A stretch of 64,000 bases of DNA from Candidatus Melainabacteria bacterium 17Bon1m. GTDB taxonomy: Bacteria; Cyanobacteriota; Vampirovibrionia; Obscuribacterales; Obscuribacteraceae. The stretch is from NCBI GenBank assembly GCA_032128875.1, contig JAVLKG010000002.1, positions 864,001-928,000 on the forward strand, given 5' to 3'. The stretch's first letter is position 1. Each line of letters opens with the position of its first letter. The position numbers and the translations under genes were made by a program. Positions 43,683 to 53,999 of the stretch are shown piece by piece. The notes under the pieces are model-generated. The model was not told where the DNA came from. It ran no database searches and saw only the letters and a list, made by a program, of their open reading frames with translations.

Positions 43683-44582
43683 ATGGAGCCACCTGAAACA
43701 GTCACTTCGAAGCGCGCTGAAACGCTTTATGATTCGAGCGAAGCTCAGCAAGAAGGGCTCAATGCCGTGGAGCCGGCGGTGACCTCGTCCAACGGAAATT
43801 CTCCTTCAACACCTCCAACAAATTCATCACCTTCACCAACCTCGGGCTCGCAAGACGTGTCGAATTCAGCCAGCAATAGTGAATCGTCAGGATCGCCAGT
43901 CATCTCGGTTGTGAAAGAGATTGTCGAGCTTGTTGTCGTTACGCTTATTCTTCTTATCGTCATTAGATTTGCGCTTGCAGAGGCTCGTTATATTCCGTCG
44001 AGTTCGATGGAGCCGACATTGCAGATCAACGACCGACTGCTTGTAGAGAAGGTTTCGCATCACATTGGCAAACCCATCGAGCGCGGCGATATTCTCGTTT
44101 TCTATCCACCGCCGATTGAAATGGGTGGACAGGACTTGAAAAATGATCCTTTGACCGTTCTGGGGCGTTTGACCGGATTGCCCTTCTTGCCTTACGAACC
44201 AGCTTTCATCAAGCGTGTAGTCGGCCTTCCTGGCGATCACATTCGTATTCAGAAAGGCGAAGGCGTCTACATCAACGGGCAATTGCTCGATGAAAATAGC
44301 TATGCCAAAGAAGCTCCTAACTATGACAGGAACGTCCTGGGCGATATTGGTGGACCATCTTCTACAGGCAAAATGATTAGACCTTTCGGTGATGAAGCCA
44401 GAGCCAATGACCCGATCATTGTGCCGGCCGGTCATCTCTTTATGATGGGCGACAATCGCAACAATTCCGAAGACAGCCATGTATGGGGTTTCTTGCCTCA
44501 AGACAGAGTTATCGGCAGAGCCTGCTTGCTTTTCTGGCGTTGGATTTCCCCACCCAGATTTCCTCATATCCCAGAAGAATAA
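43683..44582 (+). CDS. lepB: Signal peptidase I
   Basis: YIPSSSMEPTL, FIKRVVGLPGD, MMGDNRNNSEDSH. Confidence 0.95.
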   Translation: MEPPETVTSKRAETLYDSSEAQQEGLNAVEPAVTSSNGNSPSTPPTNSSPSPTSGSQDVSNSASNSESSGSPVISVVKEIVELVVVTLILLIVIRFALAEARYIPSSSMEPTLQINDRLLVEKVSHHIGKPIERGDILVFYPPPIEMGGQDLKNDPLTVLGRLTGLPFLPYEPAFIKRVVGLPGDHIRIQKGEGVYINGQLLDENSYAKEAPNYDRNVLGDIGGPSSTGKMIRPFGDEARANDPIIVPAGHLFMMGDNRNNSEDSHVWGFLPQDRVIGRACLLFWRWISPPRFPHIPEE

Positions 44583-44815
44583 GCTAAGCCTCTACTGAGC
44601 CTTCAAAACGCGCTTTTTGTCACCTATTTTTGACGAAGGCTGATCGCTCTATAAATGCTCAATATTTAGCCAATATCTGTCTTTTAAATATGCAAGTGGG
44701 TATATTGGTCTAGGCTCTAGCCCCCAAGTCTTCCCAAAAGCGCCACGGCGAACAAATTCCGGGGTTCTGCGGAGTAATAAAAGTAACGGCAACTAAGGCT
44801 GAGGTAGCGTGACAA

Positions 44816-46336
44816 ATGGCGAAGGACCCAAAAGGGAAAGCATCAAAACCGGCAAAAACGCAGTCTGCCGATAAATCGAAGAAAAGCGCTAAAGCCCCTG
44901 TGGTGCACGAACATGTCGCCGGTGATTGTGTCTTGGCAACAGGCGTGCCCGGTCATGATGACGCAGAGTCGCGCACTGATGCCCTCAACAAATTTGAAGC
45001 CGAACTCAATAAGCGCGAAGTCGACTTGATCGAGCGTGAAATCAAGTCGCTCAGGCAGCAGGAAGAATTAGATCGTTTGCGTCCGCTCTCGGGTCTTTAT
45101 CGAGTCGTGAGAGCCATGGCGAGCGAACGCCGTCTCGACTCTCTGCTTGATGTAATTACCCGCGAAACGCAGGTGATGCTCAAATGCGATCGCTGTTCGG
45201 TTTTTGTTTTAGATGCTCAAGCTGCAGAACTGTGGACACAGGTCGCACAGGGTCTGGTTGGACATCGCATGATTCGTATTCCCGTAGGCGGCAACAGTAT
45301 TGTCGCTGAATGCGCTCGCACCGGTCGAATGATCAACATTCCCGACGCGTACCAAGATCCTCGCTTCGATCCTGCCGTCGATCGCAACACTGGATATCAG
45401 ACATCCAGCGTACTTTGTGTTCCAATGCTTGCTCGTGGCGGCGAAGTAATCGGCGTCTTCCAGGTGCTCAATAAATTCGATGGACCTTTCACTAATGAGG
45501 ATGAAGACTGGCTTGAGGGCTTAACCGCCGTAGCGGCCGGATTGATTGAACAAGCTCAGGCTTACGGTGAAATTGAAAGGTTCGTCGACAAGACACTTGA
45601 AACGCTTGCCCAGACAATCGACCAACGCGACCCGCTCACTGCAGGTCATTCGATTCGAGTTACCAATTACAGCTTGCTTGTCGGACAGGCAATGAATGTA
45701 CCCGATGACGATATCGATGTGCTTCGCTACTCTGCGATGATGCACGACTACGGCAAAATCGGCGTGCCTGAGAAGATCCTCTGGAAAGACGGCAGACTTA
45801 CTCCTGATGAGTACGCTACCGTACAGAAGCACGCCAGCATCACATATGACTTGCTTTCCAATTTGCCTTTTACTCGTCGCTTGCAAGATGTACCTTTTGT
45901 CGCCTCCTGTCACCACGAAAAGGTAGATGGTTCTGGCTATTACAGAGGTCTTAAAGGCGACGACATTCCTTTCCTTTCAAGAATTATTGCTGTTGCCGAT
46001 GTGTTCGACGCGTTGACTTCAAAGCGTCACTATCGCAATCGTATGCCGATCGAGAAAGTTTCTGAAATTATGTACAACGGCAGAGACAACCACTTCGACT
46101 CGACATGCGTCGATGCATTTTTCCAATTGCCTTCCGCTCGCGTAATTGCTGTTCTCGAATCGGAAAGAGAGCGGGCAGCAAACTTCGACGCTGAGCTGTT
46201 TAAAAATCTGAGCTGGCAGCGGCTCGTGGAGCTCGTTTCTGGTGGTCATCCAAAACGCGGCGAAGAAGGTATCGCAGAAGTATTCGATCGTATCTACAAT
46301 GCCGGACTACCAGCCGACTATCAATCGTTGGATTAG
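44816..46336 (+). CDS. GAF + HD-GYP domain phosphodiesterase
   Basis: GAF (NIPDAYQDPRF, GVFQVLNK, FTNEDE); GHSIRV, MHDYGKIG, HHEKVDGSGYY, VADVFDALTSKRHY. Confidence 0.92.
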   Translation: MAKDPKGKASKPAKTQSADKSKKSAKAPVVHEHVAGDCVLATGVPGHDDAESRTDALNKFEAELNKREVDLIEREIKSLRQQEELDRLRPLSGLYRVVRAMASERRLDSLLDVITRETQVMLKCDRCSVFVLDAQAAELWTQVAQGLVGHRMIRIPVGGNSIVAECARTGRMINIPDAYQDPRFDPAVDRNTGYQTSSVLCVPMLARGGEVIGVFQVLNKFDGPFTNEDEDWLEGLTAVAAGLIEQAQAYGEIERFVDKTLETLAQTIDQRDPLTAGHSIRVTNYSLLVGQAMNVPDDDIDVLRYSAMMHDYGKIGVPEKILWKDGRLTPDEYATVQKHASITYDLLSNLPFTRRLQDVPFVASCHHEKVDGSGYYRGLKGDDIPFLSRIIAVADVFDALTSKRHYRNRMPIEKVSEIMYNGRDNHFDSTCVDAFFQLPSARVIAVLESERERAANFDAELFKNLSWQRLVELVSGGHPKRGEEGIAEVFDRIYNAGLPADYQSLD

Positions 46337-46379
46337 CCTGGATTGTAGAATCCCAGATTGTTTGTCCGTCGTTTCACTA

Positions 46380-49211
46380 TCAATAAACGACAACCTTGCC
46401 ACGTCCTAAGTCCGGCCAGGAAAGTTGCCGCACTGATAATTCTGCATCTTCCAATTTCATTGCTTTGCCTTGCGGCATGGGAATCAGTTCGATTGTCAGA
46501 TGATTGCCGCGCCCACTGACGACATCGAGTGGATAGTTCGACTTTATGTTGATGGATGACGGCTCCTTGCCGTTGAGCATAACCATTTGTGTGGCTGTTG
46601 GGAAACACACAGATTGTGGCTTTGGCTGACCCTTACTATCTAAATATAGGTCGTGTTCACCCGGATTCGTTTTGCCGTCGGTACCGTTTAGGCTGATGCG
46701 AACCACTGCCTGAGAGCGTTCTGCGTCCAGCCCGCTAAGCTTGCCTTTGAGTTCAATCACAGCGTGTGTTGTTTGAGGCTGAAGTTCTAATGGGACGTCT
46801 GCAAGACAAGCGCTATTGAATTTCAAAACTGCACTCGCATCGCTTTTCTCTTTTGCATGATTCTCTTTGCCCTGTTCGCTCATTGGTCTGAAATTAAGGG
46901 TATTCAGCGCTATTGAAGCCTCTTGCGATTTGAATTCAGTGGGATTTCCATTCGCTGAAAAACCCACTGCCAAAAGCATGCGTAGTCGACCATTTTGAAC
47001 ACCCGGTGCTGAGGATAAATCTGGATTAGGTGGAAAAGGATATTTTCTTTCATTTGATTCGATCAATGATTGAGATGGTGCTTGTGTTATAAACCCCACC
47101 CTGGGTCGCCATTCCATTGATGACGCATTAACGAAGATAAGACCATGACTGAGATACTCATACGAAGGTGCCCTTCCGCTCATAGTCTCTTTGTAGTCAC
47201 CATATATGGTTAATGGGTGCGCTGTTGAACCGGAGATTGTGATTTTGTTCTTGCCTGAGAGATTCACATAATCAATGGGAATCGGCACTGCTCGCCATTG
47301 TCTGACGTCATCTGCCGGTACTTTTATGTCAGCTGCGAATTCCTCCATAAAAGCTACAAGATCGAATTTCTTTTGATAAAAGTGATAAACGTTCTTAGGG
47401 ATCTCGTGAATTTTGTGCTCATTCAGAGTTATATGCGACTGCGCAATTTCCTTTTCACTATCAATCAGAAGTAGCGCCCAGATTGGTTTTTCAGATTGCT
47501 GCCAGGGCTTGTGTACGCCTGTGAGGTCGACTTCTCTTGTCGCCATCACTTCACTCGATAATTTTGCGGCTAATTCTGCGGCTTCTACTTCTTTGAGCAA
47601 AGATAAAGTTATAGTGATGCCGAATGCGATAAACATCATCATGCAGGAGATCTTCATTGCCCTACTGGAAATGCGATTTCGATAATCTGCTTTTGCCAGG
47701 CAGTAGAGAAGCCATGCCGTCAATGCAATGTATGTTGCGCCTAGAATAACTCCTGCAATAATTGGATTTCCTATCCATTGCAAAACCGTTTGCACTCGGG
47801 CAAAGTTTGCAATCAGAGTCAATAGTAATGCTGGCAGAAGGAAGTTTATCGCTGCGAATTTTGTCTGCCTCGAGTCGACAACTTTGAAAACAAACCACGC
47901 CAAAGCAACAAAATAAAGCGGCGCCGCCGTAAATCCGTATCTGGGAATTCCTTCGAAAGCCGCATAAATAAGATGTCCCAATAGAGCTAGCCAGATAAGG
48001 ACAATCAAGTGATCTCGTTTGTCTTCGACGAAATCTTCATCGTTCTTCTTGAACAGATGAATAACTGAATGGATTGTTACAGCTAAGGCAGACGCAAGCG
48101 CGGCGAGCGCAAGTGAAACCAGAAGCTGGTGCGCAATCCTGATGCTGGGCGCGTCACGCAAAACTGCAGCGCGACGGAAATCGTTCCATGGCTCTGCAAA
48201 TATGCGCGGCAGTTTTCGGATGTCCAGGTCGATATGCGCCAGCGGATCTTCTTTGAAATAAGCCAATTGAACTTCCGCAACGCTCTTCATCGCCCCGATT
48301 CCTGATTGGAGCGGAGCTGTCGGCAAACAGCCTAATCCATCGTTTATCAGATTATTCGTCACGATGGCGTTTAAAACAGGCATTCTTTGCGGCAGCCAAC
48401 AAATTGATCCTGTTGCCTGTTTTGTGAAAACCCAGAAAGGCGCTAATGCGATTGCAGTTGTGCATGAGAAGGCGAGAAGCCCTGCTGCTGCGCGTTTTGC
48501 CTTGTAGCGAGCGAGCGCAAATACAGTCGCAAGTAAGACGCAAAACATTAAAACTGGTTTTGTCAACAATAGAAAAGCAAAGAAAATTCCGGCGTAAGCA
48601 AAAGGAACCAGGTGCCATAAGCCCTTTTCATCAGCTTTTGCCGTTGCGGATAAACATAGCAGTGTAGTCAAAAGAAATACTGCTGCGATTGATTCTGTAC
48701 CCAACCTCTGGGCCGCAGTCAGTGCAGGAGGGTAAAGCGACCACGCAAGAGCCGCTAAGAAAGCCAAGGATCTGCAAGCGGTAGCGCGCCAGCTAAGAAT
48801 GAAAACCAAGCCGCATACAACTGCTTGCAGCAAGCTCATAAGCATTGCTACCGAATTCAAATCTGTAAGGCGAAACCCGTTTCCCAATTTGATTGCTTTT
48901 GCCGCAACAGTCGGAAGCACAGGACCATCAAGAATCAGCATATAAGCAAGTTCTTTCATTCTTGCTTTGGAACTGCTTGCTTGGCTTTCTGATGTTTTAT
49001 CTTCTTTGATCTTGAGTATTGTGCGCGCGCTGTTCAAATATACGCCAGAGTCGAAGAGCTGCATCAGCCTGTCGTCACCGCGTTTAAAAGCTCTGTCGGT
49101 GGTTGCGGTTGTGATGGCAAAGGAAAAAAGAACCACCAGAGAGCAAAGCGCGATCAGAATAACGCTGCCGATTTTCGATGTTTTTTCTCTGTGTGTATTA
49201 GCTTGTTGCAT
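46380..49211 (-). CDS. Large polytopic membrane protein, GT-C (ArnT/PMT-like) glycosyltransferase with C-terminal soluble domain
   Basis: FDSGVY in first loop, LYPP...GTES, LLTKP, PRY; many TMs then ~400-aa beta-rich region. Confidence 0.65.
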   Translation of the reverse strand: MQQANTHREKTSKIGSVILIALCSLVVLFSFAITTATTDRAFKRGDDRLMQLFDSGVYLNSARTILKIKEDKTSESQASSSKARMKELAYMLILDGPVLPTVAAKAIKLGNGFRLTDLNSVAMLMSLLQAVVCGLVFILSWRATACRSLAFLAALAWSLYPPALTAAQRLGTESIAAVFLLTTLLCLSATAKADEKGLWHLVPFAYAGIFFAFLLLTKPVLMFCVLLATVFALARYKAKRAAAGLLAFSCTTAIALAPFWVFTKQATGSICWLPQRMPVLNAIVTNNLINDGLGCLPTAPLQSGIGAMKSVAEVQLAYFKEDPLAHIDLDIRKLPRIFAEPWNDFRRAAVLRDAPSIRIAHQLLVSLALAALASALAVTIHSVIHLFKKNDEDFVEDKRDHLIVLIWLALLGHLIYAAFEGIPRYGFTAAPLYFVALAWFVFKVVDSRQTKFAAINFLLPALLLTLIANFARVQTVLQWIGNPIIAGVILGATYIALTAWLLYCLAKADYRNRISSRAMKISCMMMFIAFGITITLSLLKEVEAAELAAKLSSEVMATREVDLTGVHKPWQQSEKPIWALLLIDSEKEIAQSHITLNEHKIHEIPKNVYHFYQKKFDLVAFMEEFAADIKVPADDVRQWRAVPIPIDYVNLSGKNKITISGSTAHPLTIYGDYKETMSGRAPSYEYLSHGLIFVNASSMEWRPRVGFITQAPSQSLIESNERKYPFPPNPDLSSAPGVQNGRLRMLLAVGFSANGNPTEFKSQEASIALNTLNFRPMSEQGKENHAKEKSDASAVLKFNSACLADVPLELQPQTTHAVIELKGKLSGLDAERSQAVVRISLNGTDGKTNPGEHDLYLDSKGQPKPQSVCFPTATQMVMLNGKEPSSINIKSNYPLDVVSGRGNHLTIELIPMPQGKAMKLEDAELSVRQLSWPDLGRGKVVVY

Positions 49212-49324
49212 AAAGTCTGGGGCGATGCGAAGCGTCCTTAAGGCGCTTCACACGTAAGCTTGCCGAATCTGTGAGCAAAAAACATGATATGCGCTCAATC
49301 CATTGATAGTAATCAAGTCTTACA

Positions 49325-50323
49325 ATGGCAACCTATATTGACGGAGCTCGAATTTCCTTGTTCAAATTTCCAGAAAAGTGGTCGCTCAAGGCTTTTGCCG
49401 TTGTACAGGCACTTACCCTGACCTTTGCCTTAAATACGTGCGCACACGCTCAAACAGCGAAGACTTCGGAATCACGAGGAACTGTGGCTTCCGTCGTCAG
49501 CCAGAACAGAGTTCAAAAGGGTGCCGCGTCCGCAGAAAGGGCGCCAGCAGCGCCCGCTTCCAAGCCAGCTCAAGAACCGGCGGCTCCGCAAGAGAACGAC
49601 GTTTCCATCGAAGGACCCGACGAGCAACCGGCCGACGATGGTAGTCAAGACATGAATTCGCCTCTTCCGGAAGGCGAAGCACAGTTGCGGGTACGTATTT
49701 CTGTGCCTCACCAGGTTCGCCCGATGAGCATGATCACGTTGTATCCGTATCCACCTAGACCTCCCAAGCAAATCAGAAACATAGCCAAAATCGACGACTC
49801 TCCAAAGGCGATACGTACACAATTATTGAGTTTGGGTTACAGTCAAAGATCTTCTGATACGAGATTATTTCCGCCCGCGGGATGGCGCTGGAAGTACATC
49901 ATTAAAGCCGCCCTCGAAAAGAGCGGCACCCGCCAGCCGACCAACATCGTCACTATGTATCCGTGGACATTTAAGATGGTGCCGTATGTCAAAGCTGAAA
50001 TCAAGCGCGTCAACGACATAGAATCTGACCGAAAAGCAAGGTATGCGTCTGCAATGAAAGACTTCGAAGAAAATGGAGTCGACCTGGAGAACGAAGCTGC
50101 GCAAAAGGGCTTGGCGCCTATCGAAATCAACCTGAGACGCGGTTCCACCAAGCTTCTCTCTGGTGAAGCAACTGTTGCACCAGGCACCTGGTATGTGGTG
50201 GCAGCGCACAAAACATCAAACTTGAAATTCTACTGGCAGATGCCAATCAGTATTTCTGCCGGCGAGCGTCAAACAGTTCAACTCACGCAGACGAATGCTC
50301 TCGTTATTGAGGGCGGCTGGTAG
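49325..50323 (+). CDS. Exported hypothetical protein (332 aa)
   Basis: Signal ending AHA; Pro/Ala linker; beta-rich C-terminus (VAPGTWYV...FYWQMPISI). Confidence 0.75.
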   Translation: MATYIDGARISLFKFPEKWSLKAFAVVQALTLTFALNTCAHAQTAKTSESRGTVASVVSQNRVQKGAASAERAPAAPASKPAQEPAAPQENDVSIEGPDEQPADDGSQDMNSPLPEGEAQLRVRISVPHQVRPMSMITLYPYPPRPPKQIRNIAKIDDSPKAIRTQLLSLGYSQRSSDTRLFPPAGWRWKYIIKAALEKSGTRQPTNIVTMYPWTFKMVPYVKAEIKRVNDIESDRKARYASAMKDFEENGVDLENEAAQKGLAPIEINLRRGSTKLLSGEATVAPGTWYVVAAHKTSNLKFYWQMPISISAGERQTVQLTQTNALVIEGGW

Positions 50324-50326
50324 TCG

Positions 50327-52054
50327 CTATACCGTCTTTGCCAGCTCGTGAATAATCACTTGCACAGTTGGTTTTGCTTGCAATTTTGCTCTCAGTGATT
50401 TAGATACTGAGTCGCGGATTTGCGAGCGCAATTGCGCAACATCTATGGGAGGCGCATCTTTTCTTGCACGGGCAAGAAGTTCATGGATATTGCCTTTCAA
50501 CTCATCCTGCATTTCTTCCCACTCTCTGGAGAGAAGGAAGCCAGAAGCTCCGGATTCGATTGATGGACCGCTTAATAACTCACCGACAGTGTTGACCACG
50601 AGTGATACCGTAACTACCCCTTCCAGGCTCAGGGAGCGCCTTTCATTGACGGAGAAAGTGGTGACTCGCTCGCCTTGATCTCGATTGAATAAAACTGCTT
50701 GGGCTTCAATTGTTCCAATCATTGATGCTACGCCATTGTCTACTTCCAAAATCTCGCCGTTCTTGAGTGGGAAAACATTGGCTTGAGCAATCCCCCAGTC
50801 CATGGCTAATTGCGCATGGTGCATGATATGCCGCCCTTCGCCGATTGCCGGCACAAAATATTTGGGCTTGGTTATCGACAACATCAATTTCAATTCTTCG
50901 CGGCTGGCGTGCTTTGGCATATGAACGCCTTCATGCTTGCCGTAAACGACCTGAACACCGCGTGAGAGGAATTGGTCTAGAATTACCGACATCTGGCGAA
51001 CCCGCCCAGGAATAATATCTGCGCTGTAGATGACCGTATCGCCTTCTTTGACTGTCAGGTCTTCATTGCGACCAGAAGATAGCTCCCGCATCACTTCCAT
51101 TGCATCGCCTTCGCAGCCGGTTGCCACTACGAGAATTTCCTTGTCTTTTAGTTTTCCAAGGTCTTCGAGCGTTGCTTCGATCGAACGGTCGTAGTTAAGG
51201 TTGCCTGTGAGGGCACCGGACAAGGCAGTTCTAATCAGGGTTTCACCTATGATTATTACTTTTCGATCGTTGGCCTTGGCTAAATCGCAAAGGATTTGTA
51301 GCCTGTGAGTGCTGGTGCCAGGAATTACAACGATGACTCGCGAAGGCGCACTGGCAATGTGTTTGCTGAGCCCTGCCAGTACGGATCTTTCCGAAGGTGT
51401 GTAGCCGTGACTTTCAACGCCAGCCGAATCACTAATTAGAAGCAGAGTTCCCTGATCACCAATTTGCGCCAATCGTCCGACATCAAGAAGGCGCTTGTCG
51501 ACTGGAGTTTGGTCTAATTTAAAACTCGAAGTGTAAATGATGTCGCCTTCAGGGGTGCCAATTCTCAGGGCCGCAGCATCGGCAATGGCATCGTTTACTT
51601 TTATCCATTCGACTTCAAAAGGACCAATCTGATAGGGATAGCGCCACTCTATCGTGTCTACTTCCGGGAAGCGCTTGCCGGTTTTTTCTTTTTCTTCGCG
51701 CTCTAAAAGAGACTGAGTCAGCATTGCCGAGACAAATTGGGGTGCCATAATCCTCGGCACTTTCAGGTGGTTTAGCAGGTAAAATACTCCGCCCGAATGC
51801 TCTTCGTGTCCATTGGTCAAAAGCAGTGCAAGAATTTTGTCGCCGTTTGCTTCTAAGAAATTTGTATTGGGCAGTAACAAATCAACGCCCGGCAAACCTT
51901 CCGGCGGGTAAGCGACGCCCGCATCAACAATCAAAATTTCGCCGCCATAGGTGATTACCCATAACACCTGCCCCAGCTCGCTCTGCCCGCCAAGAGGAAT
52001 GACTGAAAGACTGTCGTATTTAAGATCTGCGCCGCCGGTTACTATGTGTGCCAC
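50327..52054 (-). CDS. rnj: Ribonuclease J homologue with degenerate metal-binding motifs
   Basis: IPLGGQSELG, VDAG, PGVDLLLP, FKLDQTPVD, ITKPKYFVP, ERRSLSLEG, KPTVQVII; NGHEEH replaces HxHxDH. Confidence 0.88.
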   Translation of the reverse strand: MAHIVTGGADLKYDSLSVIPLGGQSELGQVLWVITYGGEILIVDAGVAYPPEGLPGVDLLLPNTNFLEANGDKILALLLTNGHEEHSGGVFYLLNHLKVPRIMAPQFVSAMLTQSLLEREEKEKTGKRFPEVDTIEWRYPYQIGPFEVEWIKVNDAIADAAALRIGTPEGDIIYTSSFKLDQTPVDKRLLDVGRLAQIGDQGTLLLISDSAGVESHGYTPSERSVLAGLSKHIASAPSRVIVVIPGTSTHRLQILCDLAKANDRKVIIIGETLIRTALSGALTGNLNYDRSIEATLEDLGKLKDKEILVVATGCEGDAMEVMRELSSGRNEDLTVKEGDTVIYSADIIPGRVRQMSVILDQFLSRGVQVVYGKHEGVHMPKHASREELKLMLSITKPKYFVPAIGEGRHIMHHAQLAMDWGIAQANVFPLKNGEILEVDNGVASMIGTIEAQAVLFNRDQGERVTTFSVNERRSLSLEGVVTVSLVVNTVGELLSGPSIESGASGFLLSREWEEMQDELKGNIHELLARARKDAPPIDVAQLRSQIRDSVSKSLRAKLQAKPTVQVIIHELAKTV

Positions 52055-52409
52055 TTTGCATCCATTGATTGGTAACGAATATATCTGTCGAACTGGACAG
52101 GCTCAGCCGTTAGAAGCGGCTGACCCATAAGGGAGCCTCGCAAGGAGGGGAACTATTTGGTTTTTTCCTGTCTATATGATTGTACGCGCTTCCAGCGCTG
52201 TATGCATCTATAAATGAGCGCATATCGTCAAAACCGGACATTTGAGACCTGAATCAAAAAGCAGCGGACTTGAATTTGAATAATGCGATCACTTTATCGA
52301 ATGTTGGCTTTATTATCCTTTCGCTCACCAAGAGCGTAAAATCAGTCATTGAACCGAGATCGAAATCCGAGACGGAAAGTTTATCGCAGCACTAGTTGGT
52401 AATAGGCAG

Positions 52410-53999
52410 ATGGAAAATCCAATCACTTCTCTCAATTGTTTGCTCTATCCCATTGCAAATCACGCCGACAGGGCAGAGCTGCCGGCTATTGTCGAGACTG
52501 ATGTCGACACTCCTGGTGAAAGCGGGACAAATCATAAGACCTACAGTTATGCGCAGATGCAATCTCTTATAGATGCTGCTCAAGAAGAATTTTTGGCGCG
52601 CAATGTATGCAAAGGCGAGCGGGTCATGATGTCGGCTCCGAATTCGGCACGGCTATTTGCTGCTATTTTGGCTTTGTGGAGGATAGGGGCGGTTGCTGTT
52701 CTTGTTGATGCTCGTGTTACGGTTCAAGAAGTCCAAAACGTAGCCAAAAGGCTCAAAGTAAAACTCTTGTGCGGTTCTGTCAGACACAATCCCAATTTTC
52801 TGACTGCAAATTCGAGCATCGAAGAGGAGAAAATCGGTTTGCTGGATATTTCAGCCGTCCCGGAAGAACCGAAGGATGCCTCAGCGTTGCCCAAGTTTGA
52901 GAGAAGCGAAGCTGAATTGAAAGAGCCGGCGTTCATCATTTTGACTTCCGGGACGACTGGTACACCGAAAGGCGCAGTCCATGAGCTTCATTCACTGATG
53001 ATCAATCTGGAAGAGCTGGGCGCAATGGCTTCCATTAAGCGGGAAATGCGTGGCATTCTGCCGCTGCCATTAAGCCACATTTTCGGACTGGAAGTAATGT
53101 TGATTTGCTTCCTTTTCGGCGCAAAAGTTGTCTTTTGCGATCTGACGAAGAGCGGATTTTTTGCTTGCATCAATAAATATGATCCTCATATTCTGGTCGG
53201 CGTGCCGACAGTCTATGCGGCGATGCTCAACATTCCAAACGGCTTAATCAATATGAATTCCGCTCATATTTTGCTTTCTGGTGGTGCACCGCTGCCGGTA
53301 TCATTGGCGGAAGACTTCCAGGGCAGATTTGGCAAAAAGCTCAACAATGGATACGGCTCTACCGAATCAAAAATCATTGCTCTCAATTTGATTGGGCCTC
53401 ATGAGTCAGTCGGCAAGCCGATTCCCTCGGTGAAGGTTGAAATCATGGGCGATAACGATGAACCTGTTGCCGATGGACAAACAGGAGAAATTGCCATCTC
53501 CGGATCGAATTTGATGCTTAGTTATGTAGACAATCCGGAAGCGACGGAGAAAGCGGTTAGAAACGGGCGGTATTACACTGGCGACCTTGGACACATCAAA
53601 GATCAGCAAATCTTCATTTCCGGTCGCGCCAAAGAGATGATCGTTGTCGCCGGCAATAAAGTGTTTCCTGCAGAAGTGGAAGGTGTTTTGCTCAATCATC
53701 CAAACGCTGCTGAAGTTGCGGTTATTGGTGTTCCCCACAAAAGCCTGGGGCAGACAGTAAAAGCGGTCATAGTCATCAAAGACCAAAAACTGAGCGATCA
53801 GTTGAAAGCAGGCGGCGATGCAAAGAAAGCGGCGCGACAAGAGTTGATCGGACAGTTTAAAGACTTCTCCAAAGACAATTTAAAACGCGAATTGCGTCCT
53901 ATGGAATGGGATTTTAGAGCCGCTGGTGACTTTCTGCCCAAGACTCTTTCCGGCAAAGTGGACAAAAAACAATTAGACGCGGTGGGTGCGACGACCTAG
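52410..53999 (+). CDS. AMP-binding enzyme, long-chain acyl-CoA synthetase-like
   Basis: TSGTTGTPKG, LPLSHIFG, GYGSTE, TGDLG, GRAKE, LPKTLSGKVDK. Confidence 0.92.
   Translation: MENPITSLNCLLYPIANHADRAELPAIVETDVDTPGESGTNHKTYSYAQMQSLIDAAQEEFLARNVCKGERVMMSAPNSARLFAAILALWRIGAVAVLVDARVTVQEVQNVAKRLKVKLLCGSVRHNPNFLTANSSIEEEKIGLLDISAVPEEPKDASALPKFERSEAELKEPAFIILTSGTTGTPKGAVHELHSLMINLEELGAMASIKREMRGILPLPLSHIFGLEVMLICFLFGAKVVFCDLTKSGFFACINKYDPHILVGVPTVYAAMLNIPNGLINMNSAHILLSGGAPLPVSLAEDFQGRFGKKLNNGYGSTESKIIALNLIGPHESVGKPIPSVKVEIMGDNDEPVADGQTGEIAISGSNLMLSYVDNPEATEKAVRNGRYYTGDLGHIKDQQIFISGRAKEMIVVAGNKVFPAEVEGVLLNHPNAAEVAVIGVPHKSLGQTVKAVIVIKDQKLSDQLKAGGDAKKAARQELIGQFKDFSKDNLKRELRPMEWDFRAAGDFLPKTLSGKVDKKQLDAVGATT

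Noticed and set aside
42626-44567. Antisense ORFs of 279 aa and 226 aa
   Set aside because: Shadows of gcvPA and lepB
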